From Candidatus Iainarchaeum sp. (GTDB lineage: Archaea; Iainarchaeota; Iainarchaeia; Iainarchaeales; CSSED10-239), in NCBI GenBank assembly GCA_937968065.1, contig CALBUD010000036.1, positions 1 to 13,022 of the forward strand: DNA of 13,022 bases, written 5' to 3'. The notes under the pieces were generated by a model, which ran no database searches, was not told the DNA's origin, and saw only the letters and a program-made list of their open reading frames with translations. Each line of letters opens with the position of its first letter. Position 1 is the stretch's first letter. A program made the translations under genes and the position numbers. Shown here piece by piece: positions 1-6,900 of the stretch.

Positions 1-54
1 ATTAAGAATTAAATATTTTTTTAATTTTTTAGAAAACTAAAAGATATTAAAAAA

Positions 55-819
55 TCATATTTTTTCAATTTCTCTTCTTAAAACATTATAATTTGCATCA
101 TAAGTCAAAGGATCAAACAAAAATAAATCAAATGGTTTTTTTGATAGATCTATAAAACAATTTCTATCATCAAGATCAATATCTCTTAAACCTTTTTTTT
201 TAAGTATTTCTTTTAGTTTAGAGAATTTTTGATTAATTTTTTTAACATCCTCTACATTAATCTTTTTTTTATTAACAACATCTCTTACAGTTGGAAGATA
301 AGAGAGTTCATAAACAATAAATGATTTTATAAGTTGTCTATGAAAAGGAAATTTTTTTCTATCTAAATAACTATCAAAAGCGAAATGAGGTTTTATTATT
401 TTAAAACCAATTTCTCTTGCATCTTTTTCAATTAGTCTTAAAGCAATTAATTCTTCAGTTAAAGATAATTCAACTTTATCTCTAGTTTCTTTTATAAAAA
501 ATCTTACTGGTTTTTTTTTATTAATAATTAAAACAAAACCATCACTTGCAAAAGAAGAATCTGTTCTTTTTTTATTAATAATTTGATTTGTAACTTTTAA
601 TATCTCAAATCTGTTTTTTTCATCAACAAATCTTTTTTCTTTTTTGTTATTTGATAAAAAATTAACAGCTTTAATAATTCCAGGATTTTCTCTTAATAAC
701 TCTCTTGCAAAATTACTATATACTATTTTTTTACCACCATACCTATTAGTCATGCTTTCTTTATAAGTATATCTATTAGGATTTTTTATAACTTTTACAT
801 TTCTTTTTAAAAGAGGCAT
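55..819 (-). CDS. hypothetical protein (possible atypical protein-kinase-like fold; motif-level only)
   Basis: 254-codon ORF with ATG at 817-819 and TGA at 55-57. It starts 29 nt downstream of the hisS stop, so co-transcription is plausible. I recognise no family with certainty. By eye there is a kinase-like motif order: SDGFVLII, FFIKE (K110), EELIALRLIE, hinge-like IVYEL, a catalytic-loop-like D-L-D-D-R-N (aa 215-220) and LFLFDP (D236). Confidence 0.6.
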   Translation of the reverse strand: MPLLKRNVKVIKNPNRYTYKESMTNRYGGKKIVYSNFARELLRENPGIIKAVNFLSNNKKEKRFVDEKNRFEILKVTNQIINKKRTDSSFASDGFVLIINKKKPVRFFIKETRDKVELSLTEELIALRLIEKDAREIGFKIIKPHFAFDSYLDRKKFPFHRQLIKSFIVYELSYLPTVRDVVNKKKINVEDVKKINQKFSKLKEILKKKGLRDIDLDDRNCFIDLSKKPFDLFLFDPLTYDANYNVLRREIEKI

Positions 820-848
820 TTATTTTTCACTTATTTTAATGTTGTAAT

Positions 849-2153
849 TTAAAGAGTTATTTCTTTTTTAACATCTTCTAAGTTTACTTTTTTTTCAATT
901 CCAGTTTTTATGTTTTTTAAAGATATTTTATTTTCAAAAATCTCATTTTCTCCTAAAAAACCAACATATGTGATACCAAGTTTATCTGCATACTCTATGT
1001 TTTTACTAACATTTCTTTTCAAAAGATCTATTGAAATATTTATTCCTTCTTTTCTTAATTTTTGTACAATTTCAATTGATTCTTTTATATTTTTATCTCC
1101 AATAGGAATTATAAAAAGATCAGCGGTTGTTTTTTTATACATTCCTTCTCTTTTCTTAATAATCTCCATGATTGGTTCAACTCCAAAAGCAACTCCAACA
1201 GCTGGATATTCTTTTTCTTCTTGTAGATATTTTCCAATCATCTGATCCCATCTTCCTCCACCTGCAATTGAAGAAGAAATAATTTTATCATCTTTTAAAA
1301 AAGCTTCAAAGATTGAACCTGTGTAATATCCAAGCCCTCTTGCAAGAGAAGGTAGAAAAACATAATCAACAGAATAATAATCAAGATATTTAAAAAGTTT
1401 CTTTAAAGAAGAGATTGCAGGGGTTGTCTTAATAACTTTATCTATAGCTTCTAGTTTTTCTAGATTGTTTCCTGAAACTGTTAATAGATTTAATAAAGAG
1501 TCAATTGTTTTTTCTTCAATTCCTTTCTCTTGTAGTTCTTTTTTAACACCTTCTCTGCCTGTTTTTTTAAGTTTATCAATAGTTATTATAACTGTATCTT
1601 GTTTTTTTTTATCAATTTTGTAAAAATCTAAAATATCTTGTAAAAGCTTTCTATTGTTTATTTCTATATTAACTTCTAAGTTTAATTTTTTAAAAACAAA
1701 ATCCATTAAAGAGATTATTTCTGCATCTGCAACTTCTTCTTTAACACCAACAATATCAACATCACATTGATAGAATTCTCTGTATCTTCCTGCCTTTATA
1801 GGACCATCTCTAAAAACAGATCCTATCTGATATCTTTTAAAAGGGAGTCTTGTTTGTGGGTTTTGTCCAATAAATCTTGCAAGTGCAAATGTAAATTCAT
1901 ATCTTAAACCTAAATCTCTGTTTCCTTGATCTTTAAATCTATAAATTTCTGAAACAGCATCAGAGTCTTCACCTGCTCCAAACTTTGCTTCTAGAATCTC
2001 TAATTTTTCTATGGTTGGTGTTTCAAGTGGTGAATATCCATAATTTTCAAAAATGTTTTTAATATTTGTAATAATCTTATCTCTTAAAATTTTTTCTTCA
2101 GGTGGAAAATCTCTAAACCCTTTTGGTGTTTCTAAAATTATTTTTTCTTTCAT
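849..2153 (-). CDS. hisS: histidine--tRNA ligase (class II aaRS, archaeal/eukaryal-type)
   Basis: 434-aa ORF carrying HisRS signatures: PKGFRDF near the N-terminus; LRYEFTFALARF (the LRYDLT-type His motif); motif 2 FKRYQIGSVFRDGPIKAGRYREFYQCDVDIVG; ARGLGYYTG; and motif 3 region GGGRWDQMIG. The C-terminus has an anticodon-binding-like segment (LFIIPIG...VQKLRKEGI...YADKLGI). Confidence 0.95.
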   Translation of the reverse strand: MKEKIILETPKGFRDFPPEEKILRDKIITNIKNIFENYGYSPLETPTIEKLEILEAKFGAGEDSDAVSEIYRFKDQGNRDLGLRYEFTFALARFIGQNPQTRLPFKRYQIGSVFRDGPIKAGRYREFYQCDVDIVGVKEEVADAEIISLMDFVFKKLNLEVNIEINNRKLLQDILDFYKIDKKKQDTVIITIDKLKKTGREGVKKELQEKGIEEKTIDSLLNLLTVSGNNLEKLEAIDKVIKTTPAISSLKKLFKYLDYYSVDYVFLPSLARGLGYYTGSIFEAFLKDDKIISSSIAGGGRWDQMIGKYLQEEKEYPAVGVAFGVEPIMEIIKKREGMYKKTTADLFIIPIGDKNIKESIEIVQKLRKEGINISIDLLKRNVSKNIEYADKLGITYVGFLGENEIFENKISLKNIKTGIEKKVNLEDVKKEITL

Positions 2154-2224
2154 ATCTTTTCAATTTCCTACTATATCTATTTAATTTATAAAAACATATA
2201 AAAAAGATTGTTTTTATATAAAAA

Positions 2225-2300
2225 TGGGGTCATAACCGGGATTTGAACCCGGGCCAGAGGCTCCACAGACCTCTATGCTAACCACTACACTATTATGACC
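2225..2300 (-). tRNA. tRNA-His (anticodon GTG) with encoded G-1 and 3' CCA
   Basis: The reverse complement reads GGTCATAATAGTGTAGTGGTTAGCATAGAGGTCTGTGGAGCCTCTGGCCCGGGTTCAAATCCCGGTTATGACCCCA. It folds as a cloverleaf: 7-bp acceptor GTCATAA/TTATGAC, an extra 5' G pairing with C73 (the His identity element), D stem GTGT/GCAT, anticodon stem GAGGT/GCCTC with loop CTGTGGA, and T arm CCGGG-TTCAAAT-CCCGG. It ends in CCA. Confidence 0.9.
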
Positions 2301-2301
2301 A

Positions 2302-2439
2302 TTATTTAGAGATAACTAAAACTCCTTTTTCTATAGTTATATTTACAAAATTATTAAAACCTAATGATTTTCTAACAGAAGAAGGAATAGTTATTCTATT
2401 CTTTGAATCAATGATGATGGGGTCTTGAAAAACAATTGT
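2302..2439 (-). pseudogene. second AbrB/SpoVT-type half-domain, open frame without a canonical start (+1 frame relative to 2408..2563)
   Basis: The minus-strand frame is open from 2439 to the TAA at 2302-2304. It encodes TIVFQDPIIIDSKNRITIPSSVRKSLGFNNFVNITIEKGVLVISK. The segment D-x-K-x-R-I-x-I-P-x-x-V-R-K-x-L-G followed by short beta-like segments is the classic SpoVT/AbrB swapped-hairpin signature. There is no ATG, GTG or TTG in this frame. It overlaps the 3' end of the upstream 51-codon ORF in the +1 frame. Confidence 0.45.
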
Positions 2440-2563
2440 TTATTAAAAAAGTAGAATTATTTAAATTAAAATCATATTTAAGAATATAGTTATCATTAAA
2501 CATTTTTAGAAAAATATTTGAAAGTCTTATTCTTCCTTTTTCATCTATTTTATATTTTTTCAT
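2408..2563 (-). CDS. small AbrB/SpoVT-type DNA-binding domain protein (first half of a possibly frameshifted two-domain gene)
   Basis: 51-codon ORF below the ORF-track cutoff, hand-translated: MKKYKIDEKGRIRLSNIFLKMFNDNYILKYDFNLNNSTFLINNCFSRPHHH, ending in TGA at 2408-2410. KIDEKGRIRL matches the D-x-x-G-R-I-x-[IL] AbrB/MraZ-type motif. A TTTATAAA box lies 24-31 nt upstream of the ATG. Confidence 0.5.
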   Translation of the reverse strand: MKKYKIDEKGRIRLSNIFLKMFNDNYILKYDFNLNNSTFLINNCFSRPHHH

Positions 2564-2586
2564 AGTTTTTCAAATTTTTATTTTTT

Positions 2587-2594
2587 TTTATAAA
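2587..2594 (-). promoter_or_regulatory. candidate archaeal TATA box for the AbrB-like gene
   Basis: The palindromic octamer TTTATAAA is centred about 27 nt upstream of the ATG at 2563. This spacing fits a leaderless or near-leaderless archaeal transcript. The AT-rich background makes chance occurrence likely. Confidence 0.3.
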
Positions 2595-2700
2595 CATTTA
2601 AAACATTTATAAATAATTATATAAGAATAAGGTTTTTAAAAGGTTTGTGGGTATTTTTAATTTTAAAAAAAATCAAATTTGTTTAGAATAAAAAGATATT

Positions 2701-2722
2701 AAAAAAAAGAAAAAGAAAAAAA
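2701..2722 (-). terminator. oligo-T tract (archaeal-type intrinsic terminator) downstream of HU
   Basis: On the minus strand, starting 6 nt after the HU stop codon, the sequence reads TTTTTTT-C-TTTTT-C-TTTTTTTT. Oligo-dT runs of at least 5 are known archaeal termination signals. Confidence 0.4.
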
Positions 2723-2728
2723 GTAAAT

Positions 2729-2998
2729 TTATAATTTACTCTTAAATTCTTTACCAACTTTAAATGAAACTGTTTTACTTGCAGCTATCTTCATAGACTT
2801 TCCTGTTTGTGGATTTCTACCCATTCTAGCAGCTCTTTTCTTAACTTTGAAAGTACCAAAACCAACTAATTGTAATTTTCCATCTTTTTTTACAATAGTT
2901 TTCATAGCATCTAAAGTAATATTAATAAACTCTTCAGCTTTTGATTTTGATAAATCTGTTTTCTTAACAACAGCTTCAACTAATGTACTTTTGTTCAT
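2729..2998 (-). CDS. hup: HU/IHF-family DNA-binding protein (bacterial-type histone-like protein)
   Basis: 89-aa ORF. MNKSTLVEAVVKKTDLSKSKAEEFINITLDAMKTIVKKDGKLQLVGFGTFKVKKRAARMGRNPQTGKSMKIAASKTVSFKVGKEFK matches the HU signature GFGTF-x-V-x-x-R-x-A-R-x-GRNP-x-TG-x-x-x-x-I-x-A-x-x-x-x-x-FK-x-GK along its full length. Confidence 0.92.
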   Translation of the reverse strand: MNKSTLVEAVVKKTDLSKSKAEEFINITLDAMKTIVKKDGKLQLVGFGTFKVKKRAARMGRNPQTGKSMKIAASKTVSFKVGKEFKSKL

Positions 2999-3017
2999 TT
3001 TTTATTTCCCCCTTTTT

Positions 3018-3025
3018 TTTATAAA
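3018..3025 (-). promoter_or_regulatory. candidate archaeal TATA box for HU
   Basis: TTTATAAA is centred about 23-24 nt upstream of the HU ATG (2998). A GGGGG run (complement of 3008-3012) sits 9 nt upstream of the ATG and could alternatively be a Shine-Dalgarno-like element. The two readings are mutually exclusive, so the site is uncertain. Confidence 0.3.
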
Positions 3026-3108
3026 AATCTATAAGGTATTAAATTAATATTAATACTAAAGATTTTTAAATAGATGTTTTTTTTTCCTTTATTTATAGGC
3101 TTTAACAG

Positions 3109-3182
3109 TGGATCTATTGGGATTTGAACCCAAGTTTTAGGCTCCGCAAGCCTACGTGCTATCCAGACTACACCATAGATCC
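3109..3182 (-). tRNA. tRNA-Arg (anticodon GCG), no encoded CCA
   Basis: The reverse complement reads GGATCTATGGTGTAGTCTGGATAGCACGTAGGCTTGCGGAGCCTAAAACTTGGGTTCAAATCCCAATAGATCCA. It has a perfect 7-bp acceptor GGATCTA/TAGATCC, D stem GTGT/GCAC, anticodon stem TAGGC/GCCTA with loop TTGCGGA, and T arm TTGGG-TTCAAAT-CCCAA. The discriminator is A. Confidence 0.9.
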
Positions 3183-3188
3183 TTTTTT

Positions 3189-3206
3189 AAAAAAATTAAA
3201 AAAAAA
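3189..3206 (-). terminator. oligo-T tracts between the last cluster gene and tRNA-Arg (terminator and/or tRNA promoter region)
   Basis: The minus strand after the stop at 3209-3211 reads ATA-TTTTTTTTT-AA-TTTTTTT-AAAAAA and then the tRNA 5' end. The T9 and T7 runs fit archaeal termination. The same AT tract occupies the tRNA promoter position, so its function is ambiguous. Confidence 0.3.
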
Positions 3207-3208
3207 TA

Positions 3209-3571
3209 TTACTTGCGTTTCTTTGCTGCTGCTTGACGAGAAATTGTTGAAGTTCCCCAAAAGAAAACAGACACAAGTCCAAACCCTAAGAAAAGATATG
3301 CCATCATTATAGCACTTGTAAGATAAAGATATTTATAAACTAAAAAATAAGCAATAACACCAGTTACAATAAATGTTAATATATGTTTTTCTCCAAAAGC
3401 TTGAGCTGTGTTTTCATATATAAAAAAAATAATAAGTCCCATGATAACATATCTAACAAGAGGAAACATTGCCATAGCTCCAGGAACTATTAATACAGCT
3501 ATAACAGAAATAATTAGTATTTTTACAATTAATGGAAGTGCACCAATAAATCCTTTTTGATTATTTACCAT
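3209..3571 (-). CDS. small integral membrane protein (about 4 predicted TM helices), unknown function
   Basis: 120-aa ORF starting 3 nt after the stop of the preceding gene. It has four hydrophobic stretches (FIGALPLIVKILIISVIAVLIV, FPLVRYVIMGLIIFFIY, ILTFIVTGVIAYFLVY, AIMMAYLFLGFGLVSVFFW) and a basic C-terminal tail RQAAAKKRK. I recognise no family. Confidence 0.75.
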   Translation of the reverse strand: MVNNQKGFIGALPLIVKILIISVIAVLIVPGAMAMFPLVRYVIMGLIIFFIYENTAQAFGEKHILTFIVTGVIAYFLVYKYLYLTSAIMMAYLFLGFGLVSVFFWGTSTISRQAAAKKRK

Positions 3572-3574
3572 AAT

Positions 3575-3946
3575 TTATCTACCTGGTGGCTTTGGTCCCA
3601 TTTTTTTAACCAATTTATTTCTTGCAGCAGCATCTGTTGCTCCTGGTGCTCCATGAGTTTCCATTTTTCTACCCATCATCTCTTCTGGAGAACCACCAGC
3701 ACTAATAAAGAAAAAATCAACAAATATTCCAGCAACTCCTACAGATAAAAGAATATAAAAAACATATCCTACTCTAAAAACAGGCCAAAACAAAAATATC
3801 ATAACAATAACTGTAAGACTTATAAGCACTAAAGCTAAAGTGTTATGAGTAACTCTTCTTCTAATAAAAGCTATGATTGCTAATATTAAAAATATCTGTA
3901 AGATAAAATCAAAATCTTGTAAAAAACCTAAATAAATGTTTAACAT
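3575..3946 (-). CDS. small integral membrane protein (about 3 predicted TM helices) with a charged Gly/Pro/Ala-rich C-terminal tail, unknown function
   Basis: 123-aa ORF starting 14 nt after the giant gene stop. Hydrophobic stretches are ILQIFLILAIIAFI, LALVLISLTVIVMIFLFWPVF and VGYVFYILLSVGVAGIFVDFFFISA. A soluble tail follows: GGSPEEMMGRKMETHGAPGATDAAARNKLVKKMGPKPPGR. I recognise no family. Confidence 0.75.
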   Translation of the reverse strand: MLNIYLGFLQDFDFILQIFLILAIIAFIRRRVTHNTLALVLISLTVIVMIFLFWPVFRVGYVFYILLSVGVAGIFVDFFFISAGGSPEEMMGRKMETHGAPGATDAAARNKLVKKMGPKPPGR

Positions 3947-3960
3947 ATTTTTTTCTTTTT

Positions 3961-6900
3961 TTAATCTATTTGGATAGGATTATTTATTGTGTTACAAATA
4001 AAATCTTGAGAATAATTTTCTTGTATCTCTAAAAGTTCTTCTTCTGTAAAATTAACTTCTTCTTCAACCCATTTAACATAAGTGTTTGTTGGTGATTTAA
4101 AGATACATGCTTTCTCATCTTTAATATATTCAAAGATACCTTTTATTGTTTTTAAATTTTCAAGATCAGAACCAATAACATGTGCTTGAGAGCTAAAGGT
4201 TATATCTTTTGTTCCTTGAAGATTGTTCTTTGAAAATATTTTTGTATATTCATTATTATTAAATCCTGTTGTTTTAAAAATAACAGAGTCTATAGGTAAA
4301 TCATTAACGATTGGAAGATATAACATTGCACTTATACTGTTTGTATCATTAATATTATTTGTTTCTAAAACAAATCTGTTTCCTTGAATGCTGCTTGCAT
4401 ATAATTGATCTGTTAGATAAGAGATGTTATTATCCCATCTTAAAAAGGAACTATCAAAACCACTTATAAGAGCATCTAAAGGATTATCTAATAGATAAAG
4501 ATTATATGAAAAGTTAGTTTCTAGAGGGCATCCAATATTTGCATATAAAGGTATAGGATAAGAAGGGGTATATTCAAGTTGTACAAAATCTTGTATTTTT
4601 CTAAGATCTAATATTTTTCCTTGAGAGTTAATTGTTTGTTTAATAGCTCCTAGATGATTGTTATTTGTAAGAACTAAAGTTGTTATAGGATCTTCTTTTA
4701 AAATATTTTCTAAAGTAAATGATGGATTAATAGAAATTTCATCTCCTTCAGCAGAAGAAATAGAAATTCCATACCCTAAACTTTCTGAGTTATTTAATCT
4801 ACCATTTAATGGCATATAATGGAAAACACTAAGTTCTGATGAAGGTATACTTCTTTCAAAAGATAATCTTATATCTATTCTTTTATCATTTAGATCATTC
4901 TTATAACTTACATCTTCATCTCCATAAACTTTAACTTCATAAACTCCTGGTCTAAAAACAGATTCTCCTGAATCTAAAGAAATTTTAAAATTATCATCTA
5001 TAACTGCTTGTTCTGTAAATAAATCTTGATTTGTAGGTTTATTAAATTTAGCATAAATACTTAAAGAATCATTCTCTCTATAATCTATAAAATCTTTTAA
5101 AAGATCTTTTGAGATTCCATCATTCATTAATTTTATATAGAATGATTCTTGAGATCCATCTTGTATCTTATGGAATATTGAAATTAACATTTGAAGAGAA
5201 TCACAAGCATATTTTTCACTCATGTTATCAAGAGAATCTCCAATACATTTAGTCGTCCAAGATTCAGTTTCTTCTCCCCAATTAAAAAAGACTTTTGGAA
5301 GAGCATCTTCTCCTGTGTAACAAACATCTTCTTCTTCTTCACAAAATCCTAATATAAAGATGTCTTCACCTAAATAAGTTCCACCAACACCTACACAAAA
5401 TTCATTTTCAAGATCACTTTCATAATAATCCATATCTATTTTTTTAATCTCATAACTTAAAGATTTTTCTTTTTCAAAAGATTTATCAAGACCTTGTAAA
5501 TTAAAACTAAATATTGTGTTTGTCTCTTCTGAAAAAACAGTTTCTTCTAAAGAAGAATAGTTTGAATAATATCTTAAAGTTTTATTTATAAATTCTTGAG
5601 AAAGTAAAGTACTTCCTGAAAAATTATCTACAAACAAATATTCTTGAGAAGGATTTAATGAAACTTCTGATAATAAATCAACATCATAATTATTTGCTAA
5701 GTTTCTTAAGTTATATGTTTTTCTACTATCACAATTTGTATTTGAACAAAATATAGTTAAAACATTACTTGTATTTTCTGTAATTTCAACTAATGAATCT
5801 TTATCAAATACTTTAATATTAAAAATTTCTTTTAAAGAAACAACAGTTTCATCTTTCTTTAATTTAAAATCAATAATTATAATTTCTTCTTGTGAAGGAT
5901 AACTATTAAAGTTTTCATTAATTTTAAAATTTAAAATTATTTCTAAATTATTTAAAGGTTGATTTGAAAAGTTTATAATTGAAGCTTCTAAAGCATCAGA
6001 ATCTATAAAACTTGGAAGAGAACTAAAAGATACTTCTTCTAAAATAATATCAGATGTGCTTGTTGAAAATAAATATTTTAATTCTATTTCTGGATTTAAA
6101 TCTTTTATAAGCTCTAAACTATGGTTGTTATTCTCTTGGTTATAAAAAACTCCTTTTTTAGGGGAAGGGAAAGAAACTTCATAATTTATCTGTCCAAGAT
6201 TAATTGCAAAAACATTAGAAAAAACATCTAACATCTGTGTTATGCTTGGAAATTTAAGTTCATTTCTAAATAAAGCTTTTGTACTTAAATTACCTTCAGT
6301 TGGAAGAGTATCTGATAAAAATATTTTTGTAAAAATACTTGTGTTCTTAGAACTTAAAGACCTTGGAATTGGAGAGTTTTCTTCTAAAAGATATTCATTA
6401 ATCTCTTCAACTTCAAAGTAAGATACTTCATTCGGTATAAAAGAAATATTTTCTAAAGAAGGAACAAGTGTATTTTTCTTTTCAATCTCATATTCTTTAC
6501 TAACCTCTCCTTTAACAAATCTATCATTAACCTTAAGATAATAAGTTGAAAAGTTAAGAGGTTGTCCTGGAACCATAAATCCAGAATTAATTATTTTTTC
6601 TTTTCTTATAGTATTTCCAGGAATTCCAGCACTTGCATCAAATATAAATGAAAAGGTTACTTTTTTGGACATATCTTGTATATTAAAAATAAGCTCTTGA
6701 ACATTTAAGATACCTTGTTGGTTTGTTTTTCCTAAAAGAATATTATCTTCAACTCCTTGTATCTGATATTTTATAGAAACATCATTTACAGGACTTCCAA
6801 AATCATCTAAGACTTTAAAAGAAAGATTGTTTGAACCTACAAATATTTGTTCTGGTGAAATATCTATTAAAAACTTTTCATCAGAATTATAAGCATATAA

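Noticed and set aside
910-1245. 111-aa plus-strand ORF
   Set aside because: It lies entirely antisense to the strongly supported hisS gene. The product is a low-complexity F/I/S-rich shadow translation typical of AT-rich antisense frames.
2847-3047. 66-aa plus-strand ORF
   Set aside because: It is antisense to the unmistakable HU gene and extends into its promoter region. It is a shadow ORF.
2238-3131. Shared 13-mer gggatttgaaccc at 2238-2250 and 3119-3131, considered as possible att-type direct repeats flanking an inserted element (AbrB-like gene plus HU)
   Set aside because: Both copies are simply the conserved T-arm of the two tRNA genes. There is no integrase, no partial tRNA duplication, and the intervening genes look like housekeeping genes.
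3124-3312. 62-aa plus-strand ORF
   Set aside because: It overlaps the tRNA-Arg gene and the antisense of the 120-aa membrane protein gene. It has no independent support.
3557-3748. 63-aa plus-strand ORF
   Set aside because: It is antisense to the two small membrane protein genes. Its Cys/Ser/Trp-rich product is the mirror of their hydrophobic codons.
5230-5241. G-D-S-L tetrapeptide (CIGDSLDN) in the giant protein, reminiscent of the GDSL/SGNH hydrolase block I
   Set aside because: I could not find the other SGNH blocks (conserved Gly, GxND, DxxH) at appropriate downstream spacing. The motif also sits about 1680 aa into the protein rather than at a domain start, so it is probably a chance tetrapeptide.
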